Shown here one piece after another: positions 27,964 to 36,468 of a DNA stretch of 38,433 bases; position 1 is the first letter of the stretch; every line of letters starts with the position of its first letter. The stretch is from Tolypothrix carrinoi HA7290-LM1. Lineage in GTDB: Bacteria > Cyanobacteriota > Cyanobacteriia > Cyanobacteriales > Nostocaceae. Made by a program: the position numbers and the translations under genes. The notes below the pieces were generated by a model. It saw only the letters and a program-made list of their open reading frames with translations. It was not told where the DNA came from and made no database searches. Location: assembly GCA_019358935.1 (NCBI GenBank), contig JAHHIK010000083.1:1-38433 (forward strand), given 5' to 3'.

Positions 27964-28943
27964 GCCATTTCTCCTACAGTAGTAAGTGCGCGGACGATCG
28001 CCCGTTTTGCCATTTCCACTTTGAATTTGTTGTACTTTTGCGGCTTTGCTTGTTGCACAATTGCTGTTGCTGCGGCTGTAAATGTTTCCTCGTTCGGTTT
28101 CGCACCAACGAGAATTTTCTCAGCTTCGAGCGATCGCCAAGGTTTGTGTGCGACACCACCCATTGCGATTCGCGCCGCCTTGATGGTACCGTTGTCAATA
28201 TCCAAAGCTGCGGCAACCGAAACCAAGGCAAAAGCATAAGAAGCGCGATCGCGTACTTTGAGATAATGCGATCGTCTTGCGAACGGCGAATCTGGCAAAT
28301 CAACAGACACAATCAACTCACCTTGTTGCAACACCGTATCAATTTCTGGCGTGTCGCCCGGTAAACGATGAAACTCGGCGATGGGAATTGTACGTATCCC
28401 ATTTCCTCCCTGAACGCGGATGGTAGCATCAAGCGCGGCTAGTGCCACACACATATCAGAAGGATGGGTGGCAATGCATTTGTCACTTGCACCCAAGATA
28501 GCGTGAATTCTGTTATACCCTTCAATTGCCGCACAACCTGAACCGGGTTGGCGTTTATTGCAAGGCATCGACGTATCGTAGAAATAATAGCAGCGCGTTC
28601 TTTGCAGCAAATTTCCACCGACTGATGCCATGTTTCGCAGTTGTGGTGATGCACCTGCAAGAAAAGCTTCGGAAAGTAACGGATATCTCTCTTTAATCAG
28701 TTGATTATTTGCCACATCACTGTTTTTTGCCATAGCACCAATCCGCACCCCATCTGATATCACCTCAATTTTTGCCAATGGTAATCGGGTAATATCAACA
28801 AGCTGTGAGGGTTGCGTCACACCTTCTTTCATCAAATCAAGCAAGTTAGTTCCACCCGCGATAAACTTCGCTTCTGTGTTACTTGCAACCGTTTGAATGG
28901 CTGCACGTTCTTCTGTAACGCGGGTGTAAGCAAATGGTTTCAT
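27960..28943 (-). CDS. yagS: FAD-binding subunit (YagS/PaoB type); true start at MKPFAY
   Basis: [23 protein letters not shown], Cys cluster RCYYF...CNK...C...CIATHPSD and [13 protein letters not shown]-like AAAGGA upstream of ATG 28943; the longer ORF is repeat-derived. Confidence 0.92.
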   Translation of the reverse strand: MKPFAYTRVTEERAAIQTVASNTEAKFIAGGTNLLDLMKEGVTQPSQLVDITRLPLAKIEVISDGVRIGAMAKNSDVANNQLIKERYPLLSEAFLAGASPQLRNMASVGGNLLQRTRCYYFYDTSMPCNKRQPGSGCAAIEGYNRIHAILGASDKCIATHPSDMCVALAALDATIRVQGGNGIRTIPIAEFHRLPGDTPEIDTVLQQGELIVSVDLPDSPFARRSHYLKVRDRASYAFALVSVAAALDIDNGTIKAARIAMGGVAHKPWRSLEAEKILVGAKPNEETFTAAATAIVQQAKPQKYNKFKVEMAKRAIVRALTTVGEMA

Positions 28944-28967
28944 ATTTAATTCCTTTGACAACAGCTC

Positions 28968-29427
28968 GCAATGGGCATTGGGCATTGGGCATTGGGCATT
29001 GGGCATTGGGCATTGGGCAATGGGCATTGGGCAATGGGCATTGGGCATTGGGCATTGGGCATTGGGCATTGGGCATTGGGCATTGGGCATTGGGCATTGG
29101 GCATTGGGCATTGGGCAATGGGCATTGGGCATTGGGCAATGGGCATTGGGCATTGGGCTTTTTTAAGAGGGGAAAAGGGAAAAGGGGAAAGGAATTAATT
29201 CTTCAGCTCCCCCTGCTCCCCCTGCCTCCCCTGCTCCCCCTGCCCCCCCTGCTCCCCCTGCTCCCCCTGCTCCCCCTGCCTCCCCTGCTCCCCCTGCTCC
29301 CCCTGCCTCCCCTGCTCCCCCTGCTCCCCCTGCCTCCCCTGCTCCCCCTGCCCCCCCTGCTCCCCCTGCCCCCTTGTCCCCCCTGCTCCCCCTGCTCCCC
29401 CTGCCCCCTTGTCCCCCATCCCCCCCT
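28968..29427. repeat. Very long composite STRR block inside the yagTSR operon
   Basis: About 27 TTGGGCA/ATGGGCA heptamers (28968-29158), a purine spacer, then about 24 CCCCCTGCT-type nonamers (29205-29427). Confidence 0.95.
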
Positions 29428-29438
29428 CTTCAAAAACC

Positions 29439-29954
29439 CTATCCCTGAGAAGCGCGAACTTCTTGTACCGCAGCGACGATACCGGGATAAGCACCGCAAC
29501 GGCAAATATTACCGCTCATACACTCTCTAATGCCTTCATCCGATGTTGGACATCCTTCTTTTAAAAGAGCCACAGCGGACATAATTTGACCGGGTGTGCA
29601 GTAACCGCACTGAAAACCGTCGTGCTTGATAAATGCAGTTTGCACCGGATGAAGTTCATCACCGTGAGCTAGTCCCTCAATCGTGGTAATTTCAACGTCA
29701 TCGTACATGACAGCTAGCGACAAACAAGAATTAATTCTGCGTCCGTCAGCCAGCACAGTGCAAGCACCGCATTGTCCGTGGTCGCAACCTTTTTTACTAC
29801 CAGTCAGACCAATGTATTCTCGTAGAGCATCAAGTAGGGTGACACGCGGTTCAATTTGCAAAGTGTGTGCAGTACCGTTGACTCGCAGCTTTACGTTGAT
29901 AGTATGTGATGTTTGCGGCGTTAGGTTCGGAGCTTTGATTGGAGCTTGTGGCAT
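29439..29954 (-). CDS. yagT: 2x[2Fe-2S] subunit (YagT/PaoA type); alternative upstream start at 30047
   Basis: [12 protein letters not shown]...NSC and QCGYCTPG...NICRCG motifs; strong SD AAGGAGG before ATG 29954. Confidence 0.9.
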   Translation of the reverse strand: MPQAPIKAPNLTPQTSHTINVKLRVNGTAHTLQIEPRVTLLDALREYIGLTGSKKGCDHGQCGACTVLADGRRINSCLSLAVMYDDVEITTIEGLAHGDELHPVQTAFIKHDGFQCGYCTPGQIMSAVALLKEGCPTSDEGIRECMSGNICRCGAYPGIVAAVQEVRASQG

Positions 29955-30316
29955 AGTAATCCTCCTTCGTAAATTAGCGATCGCAGCTGCTACTGTACTT
30001 ACAATCATCAATTTACCTAACCTGCGGCGTCTGAGCCTAAGCTTCATCTATATTGCTCCAAAATTCAGTTTTTCTTGAGTAAAAATACTGGCTTCACCCT
30101 GGTAAAATTCGATTGCTTATACAAAGCTGCCTGTTGTTACAGTCAAATTCCTTAAAATGTACTTATTATCACAATACAAGTTCATCTGCCTATAGTCTCT
30201 CTGTCGCAAGATTGATGCCAAAAGTATTATGTATTCGTTTTTACTGTCTTTTCATCTTGTGCATTTACCCAACAATAACGTATCGGAGCTAATAATAATT
30301 GCAATACCAAGTGCCA

Positions 30317-32782
30317 CTACAATGCAGGGCAAGTAGTTGGAATTAAGCTTTGAGGCGTAGTGTTAGCAGCAGCGATCAACGTCACTTCCCCTTTGTCGTT
30401 AATTACCCAACCAGTAGCAGGCACAATTTGATTTGGCAACTTCGAGCCACTTACTTTAGTTATTCTCCCCCACTCTCCCCCTCTCCACGCCAGACGCCTC
30501 AAGGTCGGACGCCTCCGCACAGCGCTGGCTCCTCTCCCCCTCCTCTCCCCCAGCGTCACCCAATTGACAGTTGCAGTCTGATTACTACGCAATGCCTCAC
30601 TTGGTAAAGGTGGTAAACCCCCACGTCCGGTGATTATAAATACATCGCCTCGACTTGCTGGGCAACCTTGGGCAATTAAACGACTTTGGTCAACAACATC
30701 GCTGGATAATTTTACTAATCCACGAGTGGGGTCTAGTAATGGTGTATTGATTTGCACATTCCCACTTAAGTCAGGATTTGCCCCAGTAGCCGTGATTTCA
30801 CTTTCTTGAGTGAGAGCATTCCGGAACTGAGTACCAAAAATCCCATAGGCATTGATAATTACATTTCCGCCCCGAAAATCAGTAGAATTCGCACTGATAT
30901 CGCTATTTTCCGCAGGGACGGCGACGATGAAACCATTTTTGGCATCGATGTTGATGTTGCCGCCTGTGATATTATTGCCTGTGGCGCTGGTGGTGATAGC
31001 ACTGCCTCGGCGCAATATTAATAAATTAAGAGAGCGGAGGTTGATATTTCCCTCTCCTGCTGTGGTATCAGCCCTGAGTTTTCCTTGATTGTCCAGCAAT
31101 AAGACACCAGAGGTAATCTCTAAGTTGCCTGCCCTCCCTGAGCCAGTACTAGCGACACTAACTGCTGCTCCATCCCGGACAGTCAATTTGTTAGTATTAA
31201 TTCTCAAGTCGCCTGCACTACCAGAACCCTCGCTTGTAGCTAGCAACGTACTAGGAACAATTTCACCATTACGACCAATGCCGGTGCCAGTGACTGTCAC
31301 AGAATTGGAGGCATTTATATCTAACCTCCCTGCTTTACCTGTACTAGCGTTAATCGCAGCAGTTGAGATACTTGCACCGTCTTGGACAAGCAAACGTTGT
31401 GTGTTGATTATTAAGTCCCCCCCATTGCCAGTGGCTGGTATGAATACCCTGCTAGTTCTGGTTCTAGTCTCAGCAACCAAACCACTAGGTAAATTAATAA
31501 TACTTAGTACCGCTCGACCGCTGGCTTCTACAGATTCAGAGGCATCTATTCTCAAAGTCCCTGCATTACCTGCACCAATGGTACTAGTTACTATTCGTCC
31601 TCCATCACGGAGAATCAATTTTCCGGTGGAAATGTTCACTGTTCCAGCATTCCCAGGATGATTGTTGTCACCGAGACTCTGCGTACCTAAGCTTGTATAA
31701 AATCCATTACCCAGTAATTGCACTGATTCAGAAGCATTTACTGTTATGTTCCCTCCCGATCCAGAACCAAAGGTAGACGCATCTATAGATGCAGCATCAC
31801 GGACAATCAACCGTTTCGTTTCAATTTTTATGTCACTCGCTGGTCCGTTTTCCTCAGTCCCAGTAAGTAACTGACTGGAGCCACTTACTTCTACAGATTC
31901 AGATGCTTTGATTGACAGAGGTTGACCTGGTTTGTTTCCCAGAGTAAACCCTCCTAGTTGTGAATTGTCAGCGATCGCAATTTTTCTGCCATGCAACTGG
32001 ATAGCCCCATTGCCTTCACCATCTGTACTAATGAAAGCTCCGTACATTTGAATATCTTGGAAGCTTCGCACGCCATTATATCCCAACATCCAGCCCTCGG
32101 CAGCTGGGATTAGGCTGACGAGACTGTTAGGGGCAACACTCCCTAAGTTAATTCGTCCTGCTCGTGCTGTCAGTCTGCCACCTTTGACTAATACATCACC
32201 ACCTAAGATAGCCAAGGTATTACCAGGCATAACTTCTAGGGTAGACCCCTCAATTTGAATCGGTTGAGCAATTTGCCCAAATTGCAAACCTATGGGAACA
32301 CTAACAGTTAGTAGTGGTGGTGTTTCAAGATTAGTAGCACTAAATTGTGTGCCATCAGCAAATATGAGATTACTGGCTGTACTCGTCACGAAAGAGCCAT
32401 TAACGTTTAATGAGGCATTCTGACCAAAGATAATCCCATTGGGATTAATCAGAAAAAGATTAGCAGAACCGTTGGTTTTGAGTAAGCCATCTATATTAGA
32501 GATTGAGCCACCTGTCACCCGGCTAATAATGTTTTGAACATTCAAGTCGTTGTTAAAAAAAGCCGATCCACCTGTGGGTACAGACAATTCTCTAAAACTA
32601 TGAAAAAGATTGTTTCCAACTCGATTTCCATTAGTAATATTGAAGTCCAGATTATTGGTGGTTAAAACCTTAGTAGATAAAGTTCCATCTGAGGTAATTT
32701 GTGCCTGAATCAAATCGGTTTTGGTTAGAAAGCATAAAAACCCTAAACCAGCAATCCACAAATAGTTAGTCCGCTTTCTCAT
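30317..32782 (-). CDS. Filamentous haemagglutinin N-terminal domain exoprotein (TpsA-like), paralogue 2
   Basis: Signal peptide ending AQ, NLFHSF, NIISRVTGG, LFLINPNGI, beta-helix repeats, NSDISANS and QGC...FIITGRGGLP. Confidence 0.93.
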   Translation of the reverse strand: MRKRTNYLWIAGLGFLCFLTKTDLIQAQITSDGTLSTKVLTTNNLDFNITNGNRVGNNLFHSFRELSVPTGGSAFFNNDLNVQNIISRVTGGSISNIDGLLKTNGSANLFLINPNGIIFGQNASLNVNGSFVTSTASNLIFADGTQFSATNLETPPLLTVSVPIGLQFGQIAQPIQIEGSTLEVMPGNTLAILGGDVLVKGGRLTARAGRINLGSVAPNSLVSLIPAAEGWMLGYNGVRSFQDIQMYGAFISTDGEGNGAIQLHGRKIAIADNSQLGGFTLGNKPGQPLSIKASESVEVSGSSQLLTGTEENGPASDIKIETKRLIVRDAASIDASTFGSGSGGNITVNASESVQLLGNGFYTSLGTQSLGDNNHPGNAGTVNISTGKLILRDGGRIVTSTIGAGNAGTLRIDASESVEASGRAVLSIINLPSGLVAETRTRTSRVFIPATGNGGDLIINTQRLLVQDGASISTAAINASTGKAGRLDINASNSVTVTGTGIGRNGEIVPSTLLATSEGSGSAGDLRINTNKLTVRDGAAVSVASTGSGRAGNLEITSGVLLLDNQGKLRADTTAGEGNINLRSLNLLILRRGSAITTSATGNNITGGNINIDAKNGFIVAVPAENSDISANSTDFRGGNVIINAYGIFGTQFRNALTQESEITATGANPDLSGNVQINTPLLDPTRGLVKLSSDVVDQSRLIAQGCPASRGDVFIITGRGGLPPLPSEALRSNQTATVNWVTLGERRGRGASAVRRRPTLRRLAWRGGEWGRITKVSGSKLPNQIVPATGWVINDKGEVTLIAAANTTPQSLIPTTCPAL
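30487..30531. repeat. Small structured dispersed repeat inserted in frame in the paralogue 2 tail
   Basis: acgccagacgcctcaaggtcggacgcctccgcacagcgctggctc, with an outer gccag/ctggc stem; absent from the aligned site in paralogue 1. Confidence 0.75.
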
Positions 32783-32895
32783 AAATTCTTAAAAAAAATT
32801 AAATTCAGCACAAATTACCTGTTTATAGTTAAGTAGGCAAAAGTTTTATCAAAACACTGTTTATCTGCTTTTGCCTAATTTATGACTGAGTTATC

Positions 32896-33201
32896 TTAGT
32901 TACAATTTGGTAGGCACTTTTGGACATTATTTACCCAAGCCCAACGTCCAAAGCTACCATCTGGACATATGACGCACTGCTTGATTGATATCATCGGTTT
33001 ATCAATAACCGGAACTTTAGTCATTACTTGTGGTGGTGAATCTCCTTTGTTTGTATCTTGCGGCATTTTAACGACTTCTAGCTCAATCGGTTCGGATGCG
33101 GTAACAGTATTAAATTTCGTTTCCTCAGCCTTAGCAATGGGGCTAAACATCAATAAAAATGATAAAGCGAAAGCAATGACAAGAGAAATTTTGCGTTTCA
33201 T
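32896..33201 (-). CDS. Small secreted protein with a four-cysteine C-terminal module
   Basis: Signal peptide MKRKISLVIAFALSFLLMFSPIAKA, SD AAGGAG upstream, and C-terminus CVICPDGSFGRWAWVNNVQKCLPNCN. Confidence 0.8.
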   Translation of the reverse strand: MKRKISLVIAFALSFLLMFSPIAKAEETKFNTVTASEPIELEVVKMPQDTNKGDSPPQVMTKVPVIDKPMISIKQCVICPDGSFGRWAWVNNVQKCLPNCN

Positions 33202-33251
33202 GATTTATCTCCTTAGTAGACTTAAGTTTTTTCCTGATATTCGTAGCTGCT

Positions 33252-33492
33252 TAGGACTTATGCATTCACATAAATTTGATTGTGTGCATAATGCCTTACT
33301 TGATTTGCTCAACAGAAGTTAAGCATCAATCAGCTTTCCTTCTGTATTCTTAATAGATATAAGAAAATCAACTTATGCAGTTTTGCGATTATGTGGAAAA
33401 AATTGCCAGGATTCTGGTTAGTTCAACTAAGAAGACTGAGTTCAGTGCCGTTGATACACGTAACTGTCTCAAAGTAAAGTGCGTAAGTCCTA
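33252..33492. mobile_element. 241-bp MITE with 13-bp terminal inverted repeats and a 5-bp target duplication
   Basis: TAGGACTTATGCA ... TGCGTAAGTCCTA (12/13 match), flanked on both sides by CTGCT (33247-33251 and 33493-33497). Confidence 0.85.
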
Positions 33493-33822
33493 CTGCTGTT
33501 TCTCCTCTGATAATGCTAGTGTCCCCCTGTTAAGTCACAAAGAATTAACTGACAGCATTTCATCTAATATGAAATTGAAATAAACAGCAGTACTAAACGT
33601 TTACCAACTGAAATTGCAGAAAACGCTGTTTCATAGACAAAATTAAAATTTTAACCTTTTCCTGACTATACCGCTATTTGAACCGAATTTGATTATTAAA
33701 AAGTAATCGGTATCAAGTGACATTTTCTATCTTTAGATAGATGCATAATAAATCCATGTTTAGTAACTCTGTTAAATAACAGTGCCTAAAAAGATTATCT
33801 GTGACTTTTAGATTAAACGCAC

Positions 33823-35709
33823 CTACATTAGATAATATTCAAACCGCTGCCGCAGTTGTTCAACTGTCAAATTCTGAGTCCAGTATTCTACCAAAGCGTG
33901 ACCAAATGCCCAAGCGTTACGCTCTGGATCAGCTTTATTTTCCAGCAGCAACGACCACAAAGATAGTAAATCAAAGTTGCGTGAATTAGCGTTGTCAGGA
34001 CTCAAAAGCGAGAAAAGCTCATATGCCATTTGCAATTTGCCAATTACTACAGGTAACTGTTCTACGGGAATTTTCTCTGTTAGCAGATATGCTAAATTAG
34101 GCGATCCGGTTGAGAGGGTGGAAATGAACTGAAGGACGGGACTTTTGAGTAATGCAGTCAGTCCTTGAGTAGTCGCCATTTGAAAGGTATAATTGTCAAT
34201 GATTTTCGCAGCAGCGACGGTGCGAGCTTCGAGGTTACGCAAAAAGCGAGCAAGACGCAGTTGTTTAGCTGGAGCGATCGCCGACAATAATCCCAACGAT
34301 AGCGCGTCCACACCCCAAGCAACGCGATTTGTTTTCATATCACCGGTGACGACAGGTAAAATTAAATCGCAGAATTCACCCAGAAGTTGAGCGCGATATT
34401 CAGTAGCTTGACGAATCGCAACTTCCTTCGGGCGATCGCCTGACTCCCAATTTAATGGTGGCTCCCACTCGCGAATCGGACGCAAACGATCCACCTGAGT
34501 GACAACTCCAATCATCGGTAAGTCGGCAATATCTGCTTTCATATCTGCGATAAAATCTACATCCATTTGCAGAGATGGATCGAGCGCGGGGGTAACTAAC
34601 AGCAGTAAATCGGCATTTTTGGCATAATCCAGCACCAATTCCCGAAAGTCGGTACGGTTGACTTGTTCATAACCTGGTGTATCCCAAAGCGTCAAAGTTT
34701 CCCCGGTTTTGCTTTGCCATTGATAATTTTTCAGGCGATCGGTACTGGGTAATACATCGACGGCAGCGAGTTCGGCTTGAAACAACGTGTTAATCAAGCT
34801 GCTTTTTCCCGAACCGGTTCGCCCTGCAAGTAGAATATTGACAGGTTTTTGCTCAACTGCGGTGGGGGGTTCAGCAGATTCGAGAATTTCTCGTAAAGTT
34901 TGAGTTTTCGTCTTTGGTAGCGTCGGTGTCGGCAAAGCTTCTTCATCGGGTATCGTCGTACCTCCGTAAAGGGCTACGGCTCGCTGACATAAGCTTCTCA
35001 GGGCAGTTTCCCGCAACATTTGACTCAAATTGCCCAAAAGTTGTTCAGTTGCCCGGTTACTGTAACCTTGACTGGCTTTTTTCGCCACCGCCGCTGCCGG
35101 GTTTAACAGCCACTGTGCCCAATTCCATACCCGCATAAGTTTACGTGCAGATGGTTCCAATTTCTGGTATACTTCATATGCTTGGTATGCTTGTCCAATT
35201 GTGACTTGATTCAGGGCGGGGGATAACTTTTGCATCCAGCGATCCACATCATCCAGCGTTCCCCGAATTAGCGCGTAAGCTTGGGGAACGTAAATGTTGA
35301 GTAGAGGATATTTGACTTCCGGATGATAGATTTGGGAAACTGCGACAACTAGATCCTGACATCGTTGCCAAAAGGTTTGCCAGTCTTCCCAAATCGGGCG
35401 ATCGCTTTGGGCAGTATTAAGAATTTCTTGTAATATCGCTTCAGTTTCCTCAAGCGTGGTTGTATTATCTGCCACAGATTTCAGTTCTTTATTTACCTGT
35501 GTGACAACCGCTTCTATCTGCGTTAGTTGCGGTTGAGTCCATTTTACTAGTAGAATACGCCAGCCGACAAACACCAGCGTGAACACAGCCCAAATCCAGT
35601 TAATCCGCCACTCGTGGATTTGCAAACCTGCGGATACAAGTAAGAAAGTGATGATAAAAGCGATCGGCGTTGCTAAAATTACCCATTGCCACAGTTTTAA
35701 GCGTACCAT
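33823..35709 (-). CDS. Membrane-anchored P-loop GTPase family protein (Era/MMR_HSR1-like domain)
   Basis: Two N-terminal TM helices; G1 GRTGSGKS, G3 DTPG and G4-like TQVD. Confidence 0.88.
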   Translation of the reverse strand: MVRLKLWQWVILATPIAFIITFLLVSAGLQIHEWRINWIWAVFTLVFVGWRILLVKWTQPQLTQIEAVVTQVNKELKSVADNTTTLEETEAILQEILNTAQSDRPIWEDWQTFWQRCQDLVVAVSQIYHPEVKYPLLNIYVPQAYALIRGTLDDVDRWMQKLSPALNQVTIGQAYQAYEVYQKLEPSARKLMRVWNWAQWLLNPAAAVAKKASQGYSNRATEQLLGNLSQMLRETALRSLCQRAVALYGGTTIPDEEALPTPTLPKTKTQTLREILESAEPPTAVEQKPVNILLAGRTGSGKSSLINTLFQAELAAVDVLPSTDRLKNYQWQSKTGETLTLWDTPGYEQVNRTDFRELVLDYAKNADLLLLVTPALDPSLQMDVDFIADMKADIADLPMIGVVTQVDRLRPIREWEPPLNWESGDRPKEVAIRQATEYRAQLLGEFCDLILPVVTGDMKTNRVAWGVDALSLGLLSAIAPAKQLRLARFLRNLEARTVAAAKIIDNYTFQMATTQGLTALLKSPVLQFISTLSTGSPNLAYLLTEKIPVEQLPVVIGKLQMAYELFSLLSPDNANSRNFDLLSLWSLLLENKADPERNAWAFGHALVEYWTQNLTVEQLRQRFEYYLM

Positions 35710-35949
35710 TGCTTCATGCCTACCTTAAAAATTTATAATTCGCGCCCGCATGTACTTGAGGGGATTTAGAAAGAACGATGTAACAGGAATGCTTATAGTC
35801 GGCATCGGGTACAAACCCTCTTTAATTATGAATTATGAATTAATAATTATTAATTAGGTTGATTAAACTTCTTCTACCGCTATTTTTGCAATACAACAAG
35901 CATTTCAACTTAGTTGCTGCCGGAACGTCTGTACGAAAGGCACGGAGTA

Positions 35950-36075
35950 GGAGTTTCGTGTTTGGAACTCGGAGTTTCGTGTTTGGAACTCGAAGTTTCG
36001 TGTTTGGAACTCGAAGTTTCGTGTTTGGAACTCGGAGTTTCGTGTTTGGAACTCGGAGTTTCGTGTTTGGAACTC
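35950..36075. repeat. Tandem array of six near-identical 21-bp units
   Basis: g(g/a)agtttcgtgtttggaactc x6 with degenerate flanking units and no spacers. Confidence 0.95.
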
Positions 36076-36127
36076 GGAGTTTTACCTTTGAAAGCTCAAA
36101 TTCTGGCTATGTCCCCCTCTCATCTAA

Positions 36128-36231
36128 TACCGTTTCACTTTAAGGTTGATACAAATAGACCGCACTCTTGCAGGGGGCAGGGAGCAGGGGAAAAGAGAAT
36201 GATGTGTATCACACATGAGCGTGAAATGGTA
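36128..36231. mobile_element. 104-bp MITE with TACC...GGTA ends and a TAA target duplication
   Basis: TAA|TACCGTTTCAC ... GTGAAATGGTA|TAA (10/11 match); a second internal inverted pair tgatacaaat/atgtgtatca. Confidence 0.75.
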
Positions 36232-36372
36232 TAAGATCCCAATTGCATTTTCTGCAATTTGCGCCAAGCCAAAAAGAAAAATAAACTTGCCAACAGTGTG
36301 ACAGAACCAACCGGAACTAGCTCCCGTCAGTTTCTTGTAATAAAATTAAAACCAGAGCATACATCGGATACT

Positions 36373-36386
36373 TTAGTCATTACTAA
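36373..36386. promoter_or_regulatory. Palindromic candidate operator upstream of the carbonic anhydrase gene
   Basis: TTAGT-N4-ACTAA; fits TTA-N8-TAA and the LysR T-N11-A pattern, about 80 nt before the ATG. Confidence 0.3.
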
Positions 36387-36468
36387 CAAATTGATAACAC
36401 TTTAATACGTAAGCAGCTTTCTCTGGCAAAATTTAGGGTATGCCTTTTCTCTGTCAAGGTTAAAAGTA

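Noticed and set aside
28944..29153. 70-aa N-terminal (MPNAQCP)n extension of YagS and overlapping Cys-rich or Trp-rich ORFs as metallothionein or RiPP precursors
   Set aside because: These are translations of the TTGGGCA heptamer tract, which is open in every frame. YagS homology and an SD begin at 28943.
29195..29505. Collagen-like or RGG-rich ORFs
   Set aside because: Artefacts of the CCCCCTGCT nonamer tract; they overlap yagT out of frame.
35950..36075. CRISPR array
   Set aside because: Units are contiguous 21-mers with no unique spacers and there are no cas genes; the same applies to 24659-24868.
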